Shown here: positions 8,562 to 17,341 of the stretch, in pieces
How positions within the stretch are numbered: position 1 is the stretch's first letter
Layout of the letters: every line of letters begins with the position of its first letter
Origin: a virus
DNA length: 64,000 bases
Virus record (IMG/VR): IMGVR_UViG_3300028920_000041
Span: 32,001-96,000 of that record
Strand: one strand, 5' to 3'
The notes under the pieces: generated by a model
Told to the model about the DNA's origin: nothing
Seen by the model: only the letters and a program-made list of their open reading frames with translations
Database searches by the model: none
Program-made: the position numbers and the translations under genes

Positions 8562-9440
8562 ATGACAAAAAACGCATCGAATAGCAGAGCAAGAAACCCG
8601 CCCAAAGAATCTGTAGCAACCAGGCTCGTTGAATCAGCCACACAAGGAACACTTCCAGCCGATTTAATCAAGTCTATGATCTACCAGGGTAAGTTTAACG
8701 ATGACCACAAAGAGCATCACTATAAGCTAACTGAAGGTGAAGCCGCTTTCAAGCTCAACACACCGGAAGAGATGACACAGGTTGAAGAGCTTATAACGAA
8801 CTTGTCAGCGGCACAAATACCCTATACTCTTTCAGACGATGAAGACACAAGAGAAGTAGTCTTGTCATGGAAAGAAGAGTACACAGATCAAATTGAATCC
8901 ACGATGGAAGCTCTTGGTATCGAAGTCTACGATGATGACAGTCAAACAGAGTCACTTATAGAGACTTCCATTTTCAAACCGCAAGGCGAAATCAAGAACA
9001 CAAAACCACCATACAAGAGAAAGCCGACCGGTTACTTGCAGAGACTCTCAAAGAAGACACAATCCACGCATGCAAGAGGCCTGCAGCCAGAGACACCAAT
9101 AGAGCCGATGGTATCGGCTATGGAGCAATCAATGAACGTAAAAGAGATGATCGACAGTGTTATCAACGGTGAGTCTGTAAAGCACTTGGTAGGCTCTTTC
9201 TGTGAATCTGATAAGCCTTGGTTGAAGAAACTAAAGAGTCTTGGATGGGATCCGACTCCTGTAGAGGTTAAGCAAGCTCTTTCTACCTATAAATCGCTCA
9301 ATAAGAAGTATGGGGCGCAGAGGGCAGCAGTTGAAGTGTTTGGAGGTGTAAAGAACAAACTTCGTAGAGCAGAGATGGCAAATGTTCTACGAAAAGAACT
9401 TGGCTTAGATCCAGTGGAGTTGCCTAAGCCTCTTAGGTAG
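8562..9440 (+). CDS. Putative internal head protein
   Basis: 292 aa; contains VKEMIDSVINGESVKHLVGSFCE and several L/I-x-E sites. Confidence 0.65.
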   Translation: MTKNASNSRARNPPKESVATRLVESATQGTLPADLIKSMIYQGKFNDDHKEHHYKLTEGEAAFKLNTPEEMTQVEELITNLSAAQIPYTLSDDEDTREVVLSWKEEYTDQIESTMEALGIEVYDDDSQTESLIETSIFKPQGEIKNTKPPYKRKPTGYLQRLSKKTQSTHARGLQPETPIEPMVSAMEQSMNVKEMIDSVINGESVKHLVGSFCESDKPWLKKLKSLGWDPTPVEVKQALSTYKSLNKKYGAQRAAVEVFGGVKNKLRRAEMANVLRKELGLDPVELPKPLR

Positions 9441-9471
9441 GGATATAGTAATCTATCCAAGGAGCAAGCAA

Positions 9472-9909
9472 ATGGATTGGTCACCAAATAGCTCAAAGAG
9501 AAGACTGCTGGAAGCCTGCGAGTCAAGAGGCATTGATGCTTCAATGACTATGGTCAAAGCTGAGCTGATTGCTTTGCTGACAGCTCACGACATAGAAGCC
9601 GACATAGAAGCCGATCAAGGCCCACCAGAGCCACCTGCAGAGCCCACACAGCTGCCACCCCTTCCCCCTATCCCCAAGTTCGAGCCGACTCCTAAACCGG
9701 CCCCACAGGCCACGCCAGAGCCACCACAGGCCACGCCAGAGCAAGGTGGAGTCCTGGATTACCTCGCAGCGGCAGAAGAGAAGGTATCCCTGAAACACCT
9801 TGTCAAAGACCTTGGCAGTGAAGTGATCGAAGAACTCAGAGAGCTAGTAAAAGCCAACAAAGTAACTCAGTACAAACAGCACAACAATTTTTGGTACAAG
9901 GCTAGGTAA
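9472..9909 (+). CDS. HeH/LEM-like plus Pro linker plus winged-helix-like DNA-binding protein
   Basis: N-terminal SKRRLLEACESRGIDASMTMVKAELIALL; PQATPEP repeats; C-terminal VLDYL...VSLKHLVKDLG...LRELVKANKV. Confidence 0.55.
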   Translation: MDWSPNSSKRRLLEACESRGIDASMTMVKAELIALLTAHDIEADIEADQGPPEPPAEPTQLPPLPPIPKFEPTPKPAPQATPEPPQATPEQGGVLDYLAAAEEKVSLKHLVKDLGSEVIEELRELVKANKVTQYKQHNNFWYKAR

Positions 9910-9920
9910 TAGTCCACTAG

Positions 9921-10562
9921 ATGACACCCGAGCTAATCACACCAAAGCCGATCATATTCATACACATACCAAGAACTGGAGGTATGTCTTTCCGTAAGAT
10001 GATGCACATTGCTTACGGCTATGACAACATAGGTAGGCCATGGTGGGGTGAGCATGAAGGCGAGTACATAAACGATAAGCAGAAGTCTAAGAAAGCTTGG
10101 TATGGTCACTTCAAGTTTGGACTACATGAGCAGATACCTTTTCCAGTCAAATACTTCACTATAGTAAGAGAGCCAGCAGCTAGGTTGCTATCTGAGTATC
10201 ATAGAAACGAGTACAGGACTCGATATAACATGAGTCCATTGGACTTGGCTAGATCTGACAGAGGCAATAACATCATGGTTCGTATGCTATCAGGTGCGAA
10301 CATGACAGACACTCTAACGATACACCATGTAGATATCGCTATGGCCAACATAGAAGAGCACTTCGTTTTCGTTGGCCAGACAGAGAAGTTTTCTGACATT
10401 ATGCGAGTAGTAAAGCGCATGGGTTGGCCTGTATCGAAACAGCCTCATGAGAACACCGGTAAGACAGAAACGATAACACTGAATGAGTTGATAGATCTAA
10501 GGAAGCTACCAGAGCTTGCCTTGGACTATGAACTATACAGGAGGGTTGCCTATGCCTGGTAG
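9921..10562 (+). CDS. Sulfotransferase (Sulfotransfer_2-like family)
   Basis: FIHIPRTGGMS (5'-PSB loop) and VREPAARLLSEY (3'-PB motif). Confidence 0.8.
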   Translation: MTPELITPKPIIFIHIPRTGGMSFRKMMHIAYGYDNIGRPWWGEHEGEYINDKQKSKKAWYGHFKFGLHEQIPFPVKYFTIVREPAARLLSEYHRNEYRTRYNMSPLDLARSDRGNNIMVRMLSGANMTDTLTIHHVDIAMANIEEHFVFVGQTEKFSDIMRVVKRMGWPVSKQPHENTGKTETITLNELIDLRKLPELALDYELYRRVAYAW

Positions 10563-11100
10563 AGTAGAGTCCATTCGACAAGTACTAAGGTCTACGTTAC
10601 TGGAGTCAACACAAGATTTTTCGAAGATGTCTAAGGATCAGCTAAAGGATGCACGTCAGATGTATCAAGACGTTATTTCCATGAATAAATCCAAGGGAAG
10701 GCCTATAAAGCAGTACTACCTTGATAATTTGAGTAGTATTGAGGCTCTTCTTTCAGGCAAGCCTAGTGGTCAAGGTGTTACTAGCGATCCTTCAGTGTTT
10801 GGGCATCCACAGCAAACTAGCCATCCTAAGTATAGAAACTTGGTTCCTGTCAAAGTAAAAACCAAGGCACAGGTTCAGAAGTTCATAGACAAAGCACAGA
10901 AGTCTTATGATTCAATAATGACTAAATGGTCTAAGGAAGAGGCTATTGCTTTAGGTAGAATCAAGGCAACACCGACACGAAGAGCTAAAGCCAAGAGAGC
11001 TATCAAGTCAAGAGACTGGATTGATCTGAAAAGCTATGCAGAGCTTATCAGAGATGAGACAATGAAAGAGCTTCAGAGGCTTTACAAGTTGGCGGGATAA
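10552..11100 (+). CDS. Putative head-packaged protein with VESIRQVLR leader
   Basis: GGAGG SD before ATG 10552; leader MPGRVESIRQVLRSTLLE. Confidence 0.7.
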   Translation: MPGRVESIRQVLRSTLLESTQDFSKMSKDQLKDARQMYQDVISMNKSKGRPIKQYYLDNLSSIEALLSGKPSGQGVTSDPSVFGHPQQTSHPKYRNLVPVKVKTKAQVQKFIDKAQKSYDSIMTKWSKEEAIALGRIKATPTRRAKAKRAIKSRDWIDLKSYAELIRDETMKELQRLYKLAG

Positions 11101-11112
11101 AGAGAGAGACCT

Positions 11113-11703
11113 ATGCCTGGTAAAGTAGAGTCCATTCGACAAGTACTCAGAGAGTCCCTTTTGAAAGAAGCCAATGATTGGGATGGTCGTTCTACAATGT
11201 TTGGACACCTTCCAAGCCAAGATCTATACTTCTCTCCAGTTGAGAAGCTAAAAAACGGTAACTACAAGGGCTATATGGTTGATGTGAGTTCGGGCCGACC
11301 AAAGAAGGCCAAACAGACCAGTATGAACAAGCGTTGGTGGTCAGAGTCCTGGAAGATAATCAGTCAAAGCGAAGTTCCAAAAACGGTGCTTAGCAAGTTT
11401 TCAGACAAAATCGAATTACAAGCGCAGAAGGCCAGCGAACCAAAGGCAGCACCAACACCTGTTAATGTTAAGTCACCGGACAAGCTCTTGACGCAGAGAC
11501 AAGCCAGGGTAGGGCTCAGAGTAGATACAGATCCAGAGAGTGAAAGCAGTAGTTGGGTGATTCGGCGTATGACAAACAAGTCTGTTACCATTGGCTCTGA
11601 TAGTGGGGTTGACGTTGGACCAAAGTTTGCTGGAAGGACATTCATGTATCGTTGGGACGGTACAGGGTTTGTTAGACAAAAACAGTACCTCTATGCGGTG
11701 TGA
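11113..11703 (+). CDS. Putative head-packaged protein with VESIRQVLR leader
   Basis: Leader MPGKVESIRQVLRESLLKE, nearly identical at DNA level to the previous gene start. Confidence 0.7.
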   Translation: MPGKVESIRQVLRESLLKEANDWDGRSTMFGHLPSQDLYFSPVEKLKNGNYKGYMVDVSSGRPKKAKQTSMNKRWWSESWKIISQSEVPKTVLSKFSDKIELQAQKASEPKAAPTPVNVKSPDKLLTQRQARVGLRVDTDPESESSSWVIRRMTNKSVTIGSDSGVDVGPKFAGRTFMYRWDGTGFVRQKQYLYAV

Positions 11704-12497
11704 CGATGCCTGATACGGTTCAAGAGTCCATTAGAGACTCTCTGAGAGCAACGCTACTTGAGGGAAGACCTGTCCCTATCAAGAAAGCCTATCTGAAAAG
11801 GCTAGCTAGGTCTCTATTTGATGAAATGTACAAAAGGTGGCTCAAACCATTTCACTTAAAGAAGCGGGATCGACCAACCAGTATATTGTTCATTGGGAGT
11901 AAAGATGGGATCCCAAGTCACCATACTATAGAGTTTACAGAGTTAGCTGGCCCCTGGAAGGGTCGCAAGAGGCAAGTTCCCATTGTCTTCCAGTTAGGAG
12001 GAACAGGGAATTTTGTAAGAAAGTACATCACAGGTGGCGGTGTCTATAGTGTGAGGCAGGGTAAACGTAGTGTTTCTAAGTACATGATCTATCTTAATAT
12101 AGCTGATACTCTTATTCTGGATTTTGTCAAGAACAAGAAACAAGTTATAGATGAGTTTTACTCTGTTTTGATACACGAAGCAACACACCTAGCAGATCAA
12201 CTCCCTAGAGTTGCTTCTGATGCAGATAACGAAGACCTAAAAATCTACTACAATAAGCCAACAGAAGTCAGAGCGTTCATGCAGCAGATTGTTGATGAAG
12301 TAGTTGCACACGCTAGGTCCATAGCGAAAGACCTTGAAGGCTTCACTGACACAGAACAGCTTGTCAGATTGTCTCTTGAGCGAAGCACGACATGGGACAG
12401 AGTCAGACCCTACGTCAACCCAAGCAACAAAAGGAAGATACTGAAAGCTGTTCATGGAGTCATAGACAGAGCCAATCTTCCAGCTAGGTATGAGTGA
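11700..12497 (+). CDS. Zincin-like metallopeptidase (HExxH) with leader peptide
   Basis: VLIHEATH...YYNKPTEVRAF; leader QESIRDSLRATLLE; ATG probably 11706. Confidence 0.7.
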   Translation: MTMPDTVQESIRDSLRATLLEGRPVPIKKAYLKRLARSLFDEMYKRWLKPFHLKKRDRPTSILFIGSKDGIPSHHTIEFTELAGPWKGRKRQVPIVFQLGGTGNFVRKYITGGGVYSVRQGKRSVSKYMIYLNIADTLILDFVKNKKQVIDEFYSVLIHEATHLADQLPRVASDADNEDLKIYYNKPTEVRAFMQQIVDEVVAHARSIAKDLEGFTDTEQLVRLSLERSTTWDRVRPYVNPSNKRKILKAVHGVIDRANLPARYE

Positions 12498-15400
12498 TGC
12501 CTGACAGAGATAAGTGGATCTATGGTAAGGGCCAGTCAAAGTCCACTGGACTCTATAAAGACGTAACGTATGCCTCAAAAGGCAGTCAACCTCACTCTAC
12601 TACTCCAGATGACTGGCCATGGTCCAAAGAAGCCAAAAAGAAGTATGGTAAGAACATAGCATTCAACAAGCCATTGCCTGAAGTGTCAGACGATGAAGAT
12701 GTTGAAGCATGGTTCAAGCGTGTTGAAAAAGAACGCAAAGAACGAGAGAGACGCTATAAGCGTGAAGTCAAGTTAGGCACAGAATGGAAGACAAGAAACC
12801 TTGACTGGATCGCAGTCCTGCCTGATGCAAGTCACCCGGGCAAGGTCCGTATACAGCGCTATGATGAAGATGGCTTCTCAGGACATACTACGTTTGACAA
12901 TCTACAGAAGCTAGTGGCCTATCTCATTGAATGGGAAACATCACTAAAGAAGGCCAACGGCACTATGGACAAGTTCAGCAAGACAGCCCGATGGAAACGA
13001 GGCATGAAAAGACTAGCAGCGTTTCACACCAAAGAGTCTAGTGTTGAAGATCTTGTTGATAGGATAGACCAGTTACTTGAGAGAGCGGCGCGAATAAAGC
13101 CTATCCTTATGTTCCATGGTACGGCTTCCAAGAATCTTCGTTCAATACTCAAAAAAGGCTTTGTGCCGAATCCTAAAGAAAGGGTTTGGCAAGATGATCC
13201 AAATGCGGCACAGTCCTACCAGACAGTTACTAGAAAGACTGTAGGAGGTACCTATTTCTCTACTAACTTAAACGTAGCTACATCATCAGCATTAACAGCA
13301 GCACAAAAGTCCAAATCAGAGCAGTTGGTTATTGTTGCCAAGATACAGCCGAGAAGTGGTTATGCTGATGAAGACGACATTATTCATGATGCAAAACGCG
13401 GTATGAAGAAAGCCATGTTTCCATCTGGCCACATAGGGCATGAGGAAGCCTGGCCGCGGCGGTGGATAGAATTTGTTACGAGTCCGGGTGAAGCAAAGAA
13501 AGCTATCCAGAAGTTTGCTAAAGAGTTCAAGGTAGGTCTTGAGGCAGATCTACCTCAAGTAAAAAAGATACCCTTAGCTCCAAAAGCAGTAGAAGATATG
13601 TTTTGGGGTCTTTTAGAGCAAGTTGTAGCAAAGTGGTACTCGTATAACAAAAAGATGCCGTATGGTGCAGACTACTACGCAGCTACTAAGAGACTGAATC
13701 TCAGTAGAGAGCAAGAGCACAAGTACTATGCGTTGGTCTTGAAAAGGCTAAAGAGAGTCAGTTTGCAGAAGGCAGAAAAGCGCTACCTTAGTGCTGCAGA
13801 TAAGCTAACCAGACAGTTAAGCAAGTTAGCTATACCGAAGCCAGATGCTTTTAGAACGAATGTGAGGATCACAGACCCTGTCAACTTCAGGGGTAAGAAC
13901 AAGATTATTGCTGTGTTTGAGATGCGTAGTGGTGAGGACTATAAAGAAGATATCAAAGTCCACTATGGTAAGATCCCTTCAGAGGTAAAGAGCGCTCTTA
14001 ACCAGAATCTTGGGGACTGGCGTGAGGTTGATAAGTTTGAAACGTCTAGTTGGTGGACTAAGGCAAATAATGAGTCTGCTATGACTTTTTCAGATCCAAA
14101 GACGACACAAGAAAAGAAAGCTCTGAAGATGAACCGAAAGAAGTCAGAACAACAGCTCATCTCGAAGATTCAGAGCTTCATAGGTGACACTAATGAGGAA
14201 ACTCGACATAATACTAGGGTTCATGTTCGCTATGATAACAGCAGCACTGATCTACATAATCATGTCACTGAACTAGCAATAGGCAAGTTCAACTGGAAGC
14301 CTCTAAGAGATACGCCTATCGGTCCAGTCAAAGGCTATGAAGCAACCGGTTCGCTAAAGGGTAGGGCGAAGATTGAAAAGCGAAAAGTTGGAAGAGCACA
14401 GCGCTGGTTTTTGGTGTTGGATGGTAAGGACTATCCAATGCCTGGCAAGAAAGCGTCACTGGACCATGCCGAAGGGACTATAAAGAAAATGCTAGAATCA
14501 ACAGCCCTAGATCTTATTGAGCAAGTCATTCAAGGCGAAAGTCCATCGGAGTTGATTGAAAAGGTCAGCTACGCTTATGACATTCGACTTGACCAGAACA
14601 TACGAACTGGACCCGTGGTAAAGCTCACTAGCGGTCATTTCGGCGTAGCGAGTGCTCACAACTACGCCACAGAGTATGTGTGCGAAGCTAAGAAGGTCAA
14701 AGCAGTATGGTCGAAAGGTGCTACCAGAGCTTCTATAAGAAAGTGGCCTTTGACTGGCCGTAAAGCAGACCAATACAAAGATGGTACTTGGGCATGGGTA
14801 ACAAAGCTTGTCGATAATTGGAGTTCATCCAGTACGCGAAGACCTAAGCTTGTGATCAATGTTTTGGTATGGGACATGGATGGTAAACCTGTGCATAAAA
14901 AGCTTGGGCAGGAATTCACAGCGAAGGACTTAAAGGCAGCAAAGAGCTATGCAAAGAAGCTTATAGAGGATGGATTGTCTAGAATGACTAGTGTTGAGGG
15001 TAGGGTTATTATGCCTTATGAAGAAGATCAAATTGTTAATTTTGGGACTTTCGAACCTGCTAGGTCGTATGGGGAGGCGTTGAACGAAGTACGTAAGAAG
15101 CGAACACCATTCTATCAGATGGGTAAGGATGCTTTTGAGTCAGGTGTCAAGAGTCCAGCACCTATACTCAATAAGAAGGTGTTTGGTAAGATCTCAAAGA
15201 TAAAGTCAGACAAAGAACGTATGAAAGCAATGAAGGACTATCAAGATGGATGGCAACAAGCCAACCTAGATTCTCCACTTTCAGAGTCTATTGATGAAGC
15301 TAAGGGTAAGAAGCGCAAGGTTGGTGGTAGAATGGAGTATGCTCTAAGAGCTGCAGCAGATCATGGTATTACTGCCGGTGGTTCTTTTGCTTCATTTTCC

Positions 15401-15511
15401 TTGTTTCACAAAATGAGGGAAGCAGAGCTTATACATCCTCCAGGTTCAGGAGCTTGGAAGATCACAGATAAAGGTAAGCAAGCGCTCAAAGATGGGTTCT
15501 ACTACGCTTGA
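12494..15511 (+). CDS. Large multi-module (polyvalent-like) protein containing an ADP-ribosyltransferase-fold domain
   Basis: 1005 aa; MFHGTASKNLRSILKKGF...GGTYFST (ART-fold His and aromatic motifs); internal leader-like peptides. Confidence 0.7.
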   Translation: MMPDRDKWIYGKGQSKSTGLYKDVTYASKGSQPHSTTPDDWPWSKEAKKKYGKNIAFNKPLPEVSDDEDVEAWFKRVEKERKERERRYKREVKLGTEWKTRNLDWIAVLPDASHPGKVRIQRYDEDGFSGHTTFDNLQKLVAYLIEWETSLKKANGTMDKFSKTARWKRGMKRLAAFHTKESSVEDLVDRIDQLLERAARIKPILMFHGTASKNLRSILKKGFVPNPKERVWQDDPNAAQSYQTVTRKTVGGTYFSTNLNVATSSALTAAQKSKSEQLVIVAKIQPRSGYADEDDIIHDAKRGMKKAMFPSGHIGHEEAWPRRWIEFVTSPGEAKKAIQKFAKEFKVGLEADLPQVKKIPLAPKAVEDMFWGLLEQVVAKWYSYNKKMPYGADYYAATKRLNLSREQEHKYYALVLKRLKRVSLQKAEKRYLSAADKLTRQLSKLAIPKPDAFRTNVRITDPVNFRGKNKIIAVFEMRSGEDYKEDIKVHYGKIPSEVKSALNQNLGDWREVDKFETSSWWTKANNESAMTFSDPKTTQEKKALKMNRKKSEQQLISKIQSFIGDTNEETRHNTRVHVRYDNSSTDLHNHVTELAIGKFNWKPLRDTPIGPVKGYEATGSLKGRAKIEKRKVGRAQRWFLVLDGKDYPMPGKKASLDHAEGTIKKMLESTALDLIEQVIQGESPSELIEKVSYAYDIRLDQNIRTGPVVKLTSGHFGVASAHNYATEYVCEAKKVKAVWSKGATRASIRKWPLTGRKADQYKDGTWAWVTKLVDNWSSSSTRRPKLVINVLVWDMDGKPVHKKLGQEFTAKDLKAAKSYAKKLIEDGLSRMTSVEGRVIMPYEEDQIVNFGTFEPARSYGEALNEVRKKRTPFYQMGKDAFESGVKSPAPILNKKVFGKISKIKSDKERMKAMKDYQDGWQQANLDSPLSESIDEAKGKKRKVGGRMEYALRAAADHGITAGGSFASFSLFHKMREAELIHPPGSGAWKITDKGKQALKDGFYYA

Positions 15512-15526
15512 TATGGAGTTAGTAAC

Positions 15527-16621
15527 ATGACTCTTGCCAGTGATTTGATTGAAGCTGTCTTGAACGAGATTCCTGCATCTATTGTCTTAGGCTCCATTTG
15601 TGAAGTAGCCCATCAAGATGAGTTTTCCAAGATAGCTTTCAGGTTGGTCAAGTCTAACAAAGGCAACTGGAAGAGTGAAAAGCAAGCTCTGTTCTTGCTC
15701 GACAGTGCCACTGGTTTTAGCAAAAGACTTCTAGCACACGAGTCCGGGCTAGCGAAAGATTGGCTCAAAAAGAAAGGCTACAAAACAGACAATCTAGTAG
15801 CTTTAGCGTGGGCAAAACAGCTCAAAGGCTATGGTACGAGAGATCCAAGCAAGGTCCGTTACTCAGGTACTATTGTGGCCTTTGATGAGGTTGGTGTAGT
15901 ACTGATTGGTACTGTCAAAGTCATTCACCAAAAGCAGGGTGTGAAGCAGCAAAAAGGCTCAAGCCTAGATTTCAGCCGAGTCACTGTCAAGTATGAGAGA
16001 CCCAAGAGCCATAAGCCTACCGTTGTTATCAACTACTACAACAGACCCGTGGACTCAAAGACCATTGAAGTCATCAAGGGCATACCTGGCTATCAGAACC
16101 ACAGAATTCTGGTTAGCTTCCTTGATCAGCTAAACGACCATAAGAAGCTCTCACCAAAGCAGATGGTTGTCTTGAACAAGTTCTTACCGGAGCCGAAAGA
16201 CACCGGCATAGGGACCAAACAAGATCTACAGAAGGAACTAGAGACATTCTTCCAGTTGATACGAACCAAGTGTGTGCCTGTTGTCGTGGAAGGTGCTAAG
16301 GAGTTCGGTTGGAAGATCACAGAGGCTGATATTTCAAAGGACTGGACAAGCTTTGAGAAGGGAGCTAAGTATGATTTTTCTTCATCGGTGAAGCATGTTC
16401 AGACGTTGATTGTTCGTCTCTTTGAGAATGCTAGTGGTAGGCCAAAGAAGCTCTACAGTCAGACTTTCCTTCACGACACGAGAGACAGAGTCAAACGTGC
16501 TATCAAGATGAAGACACCAGGCAAGAGTCACGTTGAAGCCATTGCTGATATGCGATGGCTGAATAAAGCCTTAGAGAGGGTATCTGTGTCTAAGATACGA
16601 ACAGCGATGCAGCTTGATTAA
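15527..16621 (+). CDS. Putative head-packaged protein with N-terminal targeting motif
   Basis: MTLASDLIEAVLNEIPASIVLGSICE; GGAG SD. Confidence 0.65.
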   Translation: MTLASDLIEAVLNEIPASIVLGSICEVAHQDEFSKIAFRLVKSNKGNWKSEKQALFLLDSATGFSKRLLAHESGLAKDWLKKKGYKTDNLVALAWAKQLKGYGTRDPSKVRYSGTIVAFDEVGVVLIGTVKVIHQKQGVKQQKGSSLDFSRVTVKYERPKSHKPTVVINYYNRPVDSKTIEVIKGIPGYQNHRILVSFLDQLNDHKKLSPKQMVVLNKFLPEPKDTGIGTKQDLQKELETFFQLIRTKCVPVVVEGAKEFGWKITEADISKDWTSFEKGAKYDFSSSVKHVQTLIVRLFENASGRPKKLYSQTFLHDTRDRVKRAIKMKTPGKSHVEAIADMRWLNKALERVSVSKIRTAMQLD

Positions 16622-16632
16622 CGGAGAGACCT

Positions 16633-16977
16633 ATGGACTTGGTAGATCGCATCCAAGAGTTCTTAGAGGAAGACTTGAGGACTCTTTTCCCAAAAAGACA
16701 GTTCAAAGGATGGAAGTCAAGCAAGAGCAAAAAAGACTTCATTTGGTACACCAAAGGAGATTATGTCTTCAGGCTCGAAGATGATGGTAATGCTGTGTCT
16801 ATCTTTTTGCAGTGGCCTGCATCGTTAGGTGATAGATTCGTTCCATCCGGCCGTAGTTGGATGGCAAGCAAGTCTGGCAACAAGTACTCTTTGTCTACTG
16901 ACTCCGATGAAGAGACTTGGAGTGATGATGTAGCTACCTTGAAAAAGATCATGAAACTGTTTATCTCCAAGGCGTAA
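16633..16977 (+). CDS. Putative head-packaged protein
   Basis: Leader MDLVDRIQEFLEE (cf. EDLVDRIDQLLE inside the 1005-aa protein); GGAGAG SD. Confidence 0.65.
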   Translation: MDLVDRIQEFLEEDLRTLFPKRQFKGWKSSKSKKDFIWYTKGDYVFRLEDDGNAVSIFLQWPASLGDRFVPSGRSWMASKSGNKYSLSTDSDEETWSDDVATLKKIMKLFISKA

Positions 16978-16983
16978 TCAAAG

Positions 16984-17337
16984 ATGAGAGTATCTGCAAA
17001 ACTGCATCAGTCAATCCAGGCTCTAGGTCTTATGCTAGAGTTGAATCGAGTAGCACAGTCAAGGTCGTTTGATGAAGCGAAGCAGCAATTAGCAGATCTA
17101 AAGAGCAAGGCTAAGCAGAACTTCAAAGAGCTATCGCTAAAGCATCATCCCGATGTTGGTGGTGATGAAGAAACCATGAAGCTACTATCTGCAGCGTATG
17201 ACGAGATCAAGAAAGTTGACATAAAACAAGCACAGCCAAGGCCTGTTGCTCAAGTGGTTCGTGTTTATTGTGGTGGTGTGTACTCAACAACTAGCACTTG
17301 GCCCACAGGCAGCACAACCTCAACAAGCGGTTGGTGA
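16984..17337 (+). CDS. J-domain (DnaJ-like, class C) protein
   Basis: KQNFKELSLKHHPDVGGDEETMKLLSAAYDEI with an intact HPD motif. Confidence 0.85.
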   Translation: MRVSAKLHQSIQALGLMLELNRVAQSRSFDEAKQQLADLKSKAKQNFKELSLKHHPDVGGDEETMKLLSAAYDEIKKVDIKQAQPRPVAQVVRVYCGGVYSTTSTWPTGSTTSTSGW

Positions 17338-17341
17338 TCTT

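Noticed and set aside
8003-8671. 222-aa minus-strand ORF
   Set aside because: Antisense shadow of the Lys/Asp-rich gene 8099, with no independent signals.
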